Both the position numbers and the translations under genes were made by a program. Below, in pieces: positions 59,495 through 64,000 of a stretch of DNA of 64,000 nucleotides. The DNA is from Actinomycetes bacterium. Its GTDB lineage: Bacteria > Actinomycetota > Actinomycetes > S36-B12. Where the stretch lies: NCBI GenBank assembly GCA_965227045.1, contig OZ245718.1:280654-344653 (forward strand), read 5' to 3'. Position 1 is the first letter of the stretch. Each line of letters opens with the position of its first letter. The notes under the pieces are model-generated. The model made no database searches. It worked only from the letters and a program-made list of their open reading frames with translations, and was not told where the DNA came from.

Positions 59495-60238
59495 ATGGCA
59501 CTCGTGAGCGCTTCTGGGCGGCAAGGTCTGCAATTCGGCACGGCGGCAGCGGCGTACGAGAGCGGCCGGCCCTCCTATCCGGTCGAGGTGGTCGACTGGC
59601 TCCTGCCCTCGGCCGGGGTGCAGGTCGTCGAGGTTGGTGCCGGCACTGGCAAGTTCACCCAGGTGCTGGTTGAGCGCGGATTCGACGTCACCGCGACCGA
59701 GCCGGACGCGGGCATGCGTGCTGCGCTGTCGGCGTCGCTGCCGTCCGTCCGGGTGATGGAGGGCTTCGCGGAGTCGATCCCTCTGGCCGACGGATGCGCC
59801 GATGCCGTGCTCGGGGCGCAGTGCTGGCACTGGGTCGACCAGGCGGCGGCGTCGCTCGAGGCCGCACGTGTCCTTCGGCCCGGGGGCATCCTCGGGCTGT
59901 TGTGGAACTACCGCGACGAGTCCGACCCGTGGGTCGCGGGGATTTCCGCGATCCTGGCGGAGTTCGGTCAGGATCCGGGGCCTGACGATGACCCCGTCCA
60001 GCACGCGCCATTCGGGCCGTTCGAGGAGTTCGCATTCCCCTGGGAGCACGACACCACGGTCGAGGGCGTCGTCGACATGATCGCCTCGCGCAGTTACGCG
60101 ATCGCCCTGCCCGCGGATCGTCGTGCCGAGCTCCTGGACCGGATCCGGGAGCACGCCCTTGCCCATCCCGCCCTTGAGGCCGGGGACCGCCTCGTCGTGC
60201 CGTACGTCACGTATGCGTTCAAGGCAGGAATGAGTTGA
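59495..60238 (+). CDS. class I SAM-dependent methyltransferase
   Basis: VVEVGAGTGKFT motif I. ATG 59495 lies inside track ORF 59168..60238. Confidence 0.8.
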   Translation: MALVSASGRQGLQFGTAAAAYESGRPSYPVEVVDWLLPSAGVQVVEVGAGTGKFTQVLVERGFDVTATEPDAGMRAALSASLPSVRVMEGFAESIPLADGCADAVLGAQCWHWVDQAAASLEAARVLRPGGILGLLWNYRDESDPWVAGISAILAEFGQDPGPDDDPVQHAPFGPFEEFAFPWEHDTTVEGVVDMIASRSYAIALPADRRAELLDRIREHALAHPALEAGDRLVVPYVTYAFKAGMS

Positions 60239-60927
60239 GCGCCTCGACCGTTGCATCAGGCATGACTGAACCCCTCAAGGTCGATATCTGGTCCGACATC
60301 GCCTGCCCGTGGTGCTACGTGGGCAAGCGGCGCTTCGCCGAGGGCGTCCGACGCTACGAGGCGGCTGGCGGCGAGCGGCCGATCGAGGTCGAGTACCACT
60401 CCTATGAGCTCTCCCCGGGTACTCCCGTCGACTACGAGGGCAGCCACGTCGATTTCCTCGCCAATCACCTCGGTGTGGGATCGAAGCAGGCTGAGCAGAT
60501 GCTCACCCAGATGACTGACCTTGCCGCGACCGAGGGTCTGGACTTCGACTACGACACGCTTAAGAGCACCAAGACCCTCAAGGCCCACGAGCTGCTTCAC
60601 CTGGCGAAGGCCCACGGCCTCCAGGGCGAGATGAAGGAGCGCCTCATGAAGGCGTACTTCGTCGAGGGCCGGCACGTCGGCCGGATCGACGAGCTCGCCG
60701 ACCTGGCCGTCGAGGTCGGGCTGGATCGTGACGAGGTTCTCTCCGTGCTGAACGCGGGCACCTACGCCAACGACGTCCGCGCCGACATCGACCAGGCGCA
60801 GGCCTACGGCATCAACGGTGTGCCGTTCTATGTCATCGACGGCAAGTACGGGGTCTCCGGGGCGCAGGACCCGTCGATCTTCGCGAACGCCCTAGAGCAG
60901 GCTGCCAAGGAAGGGGCTTCCGCATGA
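60235..60927 (+). CDS. DsbA family oxidoreductase (FrnE-like)
   Basis: DIACPWCYVGKRRF thioredoxin-fold CPWC active site. Confidence 0.85.
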   Translation: MSASTVASGMTEPLKVDIWSDIACPWCYVGKRRFAEGVRRYEAAGGERPIEVEYHSYELSPGTPVDYEGSHVDFLANHLGVGSKQAEQMLTQMTDLAATEGLDFDYDTLKSTKTLKAHELLHLAKAHGLQGEMKERLMKAYFVEGRHVGRIDELADLAVEVGLDRDEVLSVLNAGTYANDVRADIDQAQAYGINGVPFYVIDGKYGVSGAQDPSIFANALEQAAKEGASA

Positions 60928-61031
60928 GCGAGTCGCCGTTCGTGATGGTGGGTAGTCTCGAGGCCGAGGCATGCGTCGACGGAGTCTGCTCCGTGCCAGC
61001 CGCTGCCGTCGAGACCACGGAGGAGTCCTAA
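60924..61031 (+). CDS. 35-aa acidic two-Cys micro-protein (not in ORF track)
   Basis: MSESPFVMVGSLEAEACVDGVCSVPAAAVETTEES. ATGA overlap with the DsbA-like gene and TAATG overlap with the next gene. G/C at the third position in 29 of 35 codons by hand count. Confidence 0.45.
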   Translation: MSESPFVMVGSLEAEACVDGVCSVPAAAVETTEES

Positions 61032-61471
61032 TGCCGATCACCGGTGAGTATGTCCCCAGCCAGAGCGCCTGGGTCGCTGACCAGGTCGCCGAGTATGAGG
61101 CGTCAGGCGGGCAGCGGGCCAACACCCTGATGGACACGGGCATCCCGATCATCATCGTGACGATGCTCGGCGCCGCGTCCGGCAAGGTCCGCAAGATCGG
61201 GCTCATGCGGGTCGAGCACGACGGCGAGTACGCCCTCGTCGCGAGCAAGGGCGGGGATCCCGAGCATCCGGCCTGGTACGCCAACCTGCTGGCCAATCCG
61301 TCGATCATGATCCAGGACGGCCCCGAGCCGCTGGATTACGTGGTCCACGAGATCTTCGGGGCCGAGCGCGACCTGTGGTGGGAGCGCGGCGCTGCCGTCT
61401 ATCCGCCCTACCTGGACTACCAGGCGAAGACAGACCGGATCATCCCGGTTCTCCTCGCCGTTCCCGCCTAG
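61031..61471 (+). CDS. deazaflavin (F420)-dependent nitroreductase family protein (DDN-like)
   Basis: GGDPEHPAWYANLLANP motif, with ggagga upstream of the ATG. Confidence 0.85.
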   Translation: MPITGEYVPSQSAWVADQVAEYEASGGQRANTLMDTGIPIIIVTMLGAASGKVRKIGLMRVEHDGEYALVASKGGDPEHPAWYANLLANPSIMIQDGPEPLDYVVHEIFGAERDLWWERGAAVYPPYLDYQAKTDRIIPVLLAVPA

Positions 61472-61593
61472 TCCCGACCGGATCCCGCGACCCACAGCGG
61501 AAACAATTCCTAAACACTCCCGCTTTATTCGGCGCATAGCCTCGGCCCCGTCGGGTCCGCGTTCGCGGACCGGTCTGACGAACGGGAGAGCAC

Positions 61594-63768
61594 ATGAGTG
61601 GGAATGCTGTACGCCTCCAGGCCATCAAGGACGTCGAGGCGTACATTCCGCCGGCGCCGAGCTTCGACATCACGGAGCAGCCTGGGGAGATCTTCGGATC
61701 GAACGTGTTCAGCAAGACCGTCATGCAGAAGCGGCTGCCGAAGTCGGTCTACAAGTCGGTCATGGCGACCATCGAGAACTCCGCGCCCCTTGATCCCGCC
61801 GTCGCTGACGCCGTCGCGTCGGCGATGAAGGACTGGGCGATCGAGAAGGGCGCGACCCACTACGCGCACGTCTTCTACCCCCTCACGGGCTTGACCGCGG
61901 AGAAGCACGACAGCTTCTTCGAGCCGGTCGGCGACGGATCGGCGCTGGCGGAGTTCGCCGGCAAGACCCTCGTGCAGGGCGAGCCCGACGCGTCCTCGTT
62001 CCCCAGCGGCGGCCTGCGCAACACCTTCGAGGCCCGCGGCTACACCGGTTGGGACGTCACCAGCCCCGCGTACGTGCTCGAGAACCCCAACGGCAACACC
62101 CTGTGCATCCCGACCGTCTTCGTCTCGATGACCGGTGAGGCGCTGGACCACAAGACCCCGCTGCTGCGCTCGCAGCAGGCGATGGCCGAGCACGCCGAGC
62201 GGGTGCTGCGCCTCTTCGGCCATGACCCCGACCACGTCGTGTCGTTCTGCGGCGCCGAGCAGGAGTACTTCCTCGTCGACCGCCACTTCTTCCTCGCCCG
62301 CCCCGACCTGCTGAACGCCGGACGCACGCTGTTCGGCTCCAAGCCGCCCAAGGGCCAGGAGTTCGACGACCACTACTTCGGCGCCATCCCCGACCGCGTC
62401 CTCGGCTTCATGATGGACACCGAGCGTGAGCTGTTCAAGCTCGGCATCCCGGCCAAGACCCGCCACAACGAGGTCGCCCCCGGCCAGTTCGAGATCGCGC
62501 CGATGTTCGAGCGCGCCAACGTCGCCGCCGACCATCAGCAACTGCTGATGACCACCTTCAAGACGGTGGCCCGCAAGCACGGCATGGAATGCCTGTTCCA
62601 CGAGAAGCCGTTCGCCGGCGTCAACGGTTCGGGCAAGCACGTCAACTTCTCGCTGGGCAACTCCACCGAGGGCAACCTGCTCCTGCCGGGAGATACCCCG
62701 CACGACAACGCCCAGTTCCTCGTCTTCTGCGCCGCCGTCATCCGCTCGGTGCACAAGTACGGCGGCCTGCTGCGCGCGTCAGTGGCATCGGCCAGCAACG
62801 ACCACCGCCTCGGCGCGAACGAGGCACCCCCGGCGATCATCTCGATCTTCCTCGGCGACCAGCTCGCCGACGTGTTCGAGCAGATCGCCAAGGGCGCGGC
62901 AACCTCGTCCAAGGGCAAGGGCTCGCTGATCATCGGCGTCGACACCCTGCCCGTCCTGCCGAGCGACCCGGGCGATCGCAACCGCACCAGCCCGTTCGCG
63001 TTCACCGGCAACCGCTTCGAGTTCCGCGCACCGGGCTCGATGCAGTCCGTCGCTGGCCCGATGACGACGATCTGCACGATCATGGCCGAGGCGCTCGACT
63101 ACATCGCCACCGATCTGGAGAAGCAGATCGCGGCGGGCACCGACTTCAACGTCGCCGTGCAGAACATCCTCACGGAGATCATCACCAACCACGGTGACTC
63201 GGTCTTCAACGGCAACGGCTACTCCGAGGAGTGGCAGGTCGAGGCCGCCCGTCGCGGACTGCCGAACCTGCGCACCACGCTCGACGCGCTGCCCGAGCTC
63301 ATCACCGAAGAGGCGATGGAGCTGTTCGAGCACTACAAGGTGTTCAACCACCGCGAAATGCACAGCCGTTACGAGATCGGCCTGGAGCAGTACGTCCTCA
63401 GCGTCAGCGTCGAGGCGAAGATCACGCTCGAGATCGGCAGCACGATGGTGCTTCCCGCGGGCATGCGGTTCCAGACCGAGGTCGCCCAGAACCTGGCCGC
63501 TCTCAAGGCGGCTGGCGTCGAGGGTGACACCGCGACGCTCGAGGCCGTGTCGGCTCCGCTGTCGGCGCTGCGCATCGCCCTGGGCGAGCTGCGCGAGGCC
63601 ATCACGGCCGATCACGCCGAGTCCGTTGAGGCGGAGGCCGCCTACGGGCGCGACGTGCTCCTGCCCGCAATCGCCGCCGTGCGCACCGCTGCGGACGGGC
63701 TTGAGGGAATCGTGGCCGACGACCTGTGGCCCCTGCCGACCTATCAGGAAATGCTTTACGTCCTGTAA
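61594..63768 (+). CDS. glnN: glutamine synthetase type III
   Basis: 724 aa. GSIII-type N-terminus ([21 protein letters not shown]) and catalytic core (NGSGKH). Confidence 0.9.
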   Translation: MSGNAVRLQAIKDVEAYIPPAPSFDITEQPGEIFGSNVFSKTVMQKRLPKSVYKSVMATIENSAPLDPAVADAVASAMKDWAIEKGATHYAHVFYPLTGLTAEKHDSFFEPVGDGSALAEFAGKTLVQGEPDASSFPSGGLRNTFEARGYTGWDVTSPAYVLENPNGNTLCIPTVFVSMTGEALDHKTPLLRSQQAMAEHAERVLRLFGHDPDHVVSFCGAEQEYFLVDRHFFLARPDLLNAGRTLFGSKPPKGQEFDDHYFGAIPDRVLGFMMDTERELFKLGIPAKTRHNEVAPGQFEIAPMFERANVAADHQQLLMTTFKTVARKHGMECLFHEKPFAGVNGSGKHVNFSLGNSTEGNLLLPGDTPHDNAQFLVFCAAVIRSVHKYGGLLRASVASASNDHRLGANEAPPAIISIFLGDQLADVFEQIAKGAATSSKGKGSLIIGVDTLPVLPSDPGDRNRTSPFAFTGNRFEFRAPGSMQSVAGPMTTICTIMAEALDYIATDLEKQIAAGTDFNVAVQNILTEIITNHGDSVFNGNGYSEEWQVEAARRGLPNLRTTLDALPELITEEAMELFEHYKVFNHREMHSRYEIGLEQYVLSVSVEAKITLEIGSTMVLPAGMRFQTEVAQNLAALKAAGVEGDTATLEAVSAPLSALRIALGELREAITADHAESVEAEAAYGRDVLLPAIAAVRTAADGLEGIVADDLWPLPTYQEMLYVL

Positions 63769-63770
63769 TA

Positions 63771-63831
63771 CGAGCATGGTCCGGGCCTCCGTAGAGTGGT
63801 GGCGACCGCGAAGGAGGCCCGACCATGCTCG
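63771..63831 (+). terminator. hairpin after glnN whose 3' arm contains the SD and ATG of the next gene
   Basis: cgagcatggtccgggcctcc-N22-ggaggcccgaccatgctcg: 19 bp with one bulge. Confidence 0.6.
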
Positions 63832-64000
63832 GCCGTAAGGACTACACACCAGACGAGATCACGGCCGCGAAGACTGCGGTTGCCGCTGAGCTAGCCGTCT
63901 ACCTGAAGCTCGTGACGTCGGGCGCTGTCCCGTCGGCCGACTTCGAGGCTCTCTACTTCAACAACATGGTGATCGTCCTCGATCGCTACTTCGTGCATCG
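63825..64000 (+). CDS. hypothetical protein, 5' partial (runs off window)
   Basis: aaggagg SD 8 nt before ATG 63825. Open frame to the window end with high GC3. Confidence 0.5.
   Translation, partial: MLGRKDYTPDEITAAKTAVAAELAVYLKLVTSGAVPSADFEALYFNNMVIVLDRYFVH

Noticed and set aside
1-64000. Search for CRISPR arrays, tRNA or rRNA genes, IS elements and prophage genes.
   Set aside because: No regularly spaced short repeats, no cloverleaf-capable intergenic segment, and no transposase, integrase or capsid-like ORF was seen. The intergenic spaces are short and are accounted for by the hairpins and operators listed above.

Overview
High-GC actinobacterial chromosome segment, almost fully coding. 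It carries the conserved housekeeping backbone: rpsO-pnp, dapB, thyX-dapA-rnj, ftsK, rimO-pgsA-cinA-clgR, lhr, recA-recX, miaB-miaA, dapF, hflX, lexA, nrdR-nrdJ and glnN. Accessory blocks sit between these: azlCD with a GNAT gene; a sulfotransferase and MFS pair wedged into the recA operon; an MMPL/MFS/lipoprotein/RTX-like block; PIG-L, sugE and a GT4 gene; ABC-F and FUSC genes; and a DinG-like helicase with vapBC and lacI. No rRNA, tRNA, CRISPR array, transposase or integrase is visible. Many long antisense ORFs in the track are GC-driven shadows of real genes and are not called. Regulatory elements readable from the sequence are a guanidine-III (ykkC-III) riboswitch before sugE, four LexA SOS boxes (one before recA, three in the lexA/LysM divergent region), a RecA-NDp (PafBC-type) promoter motif before recA, and candidate tandem NrdR boxes before nrdR-nrdJ. 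Two families of long palindromic intergenic repeats are present. The main hunt result is a low-GC islet of about 4.8 kb (54.2-59.0 kb) between the nrdJ terminator and the terminator of a SHOCT gene. It holds a single 1418-aa gene whose product reads as an N-terminal Mrr-like PD-(D/E)xK nuclease signature, a STAND-like P-loop NTPase, and about 900 aa of uncharacterised C-terminal region. This is a candidate single-gene Avs-like antiviral or abortive-infection system that I cannot assign to a named family from sequence alone.
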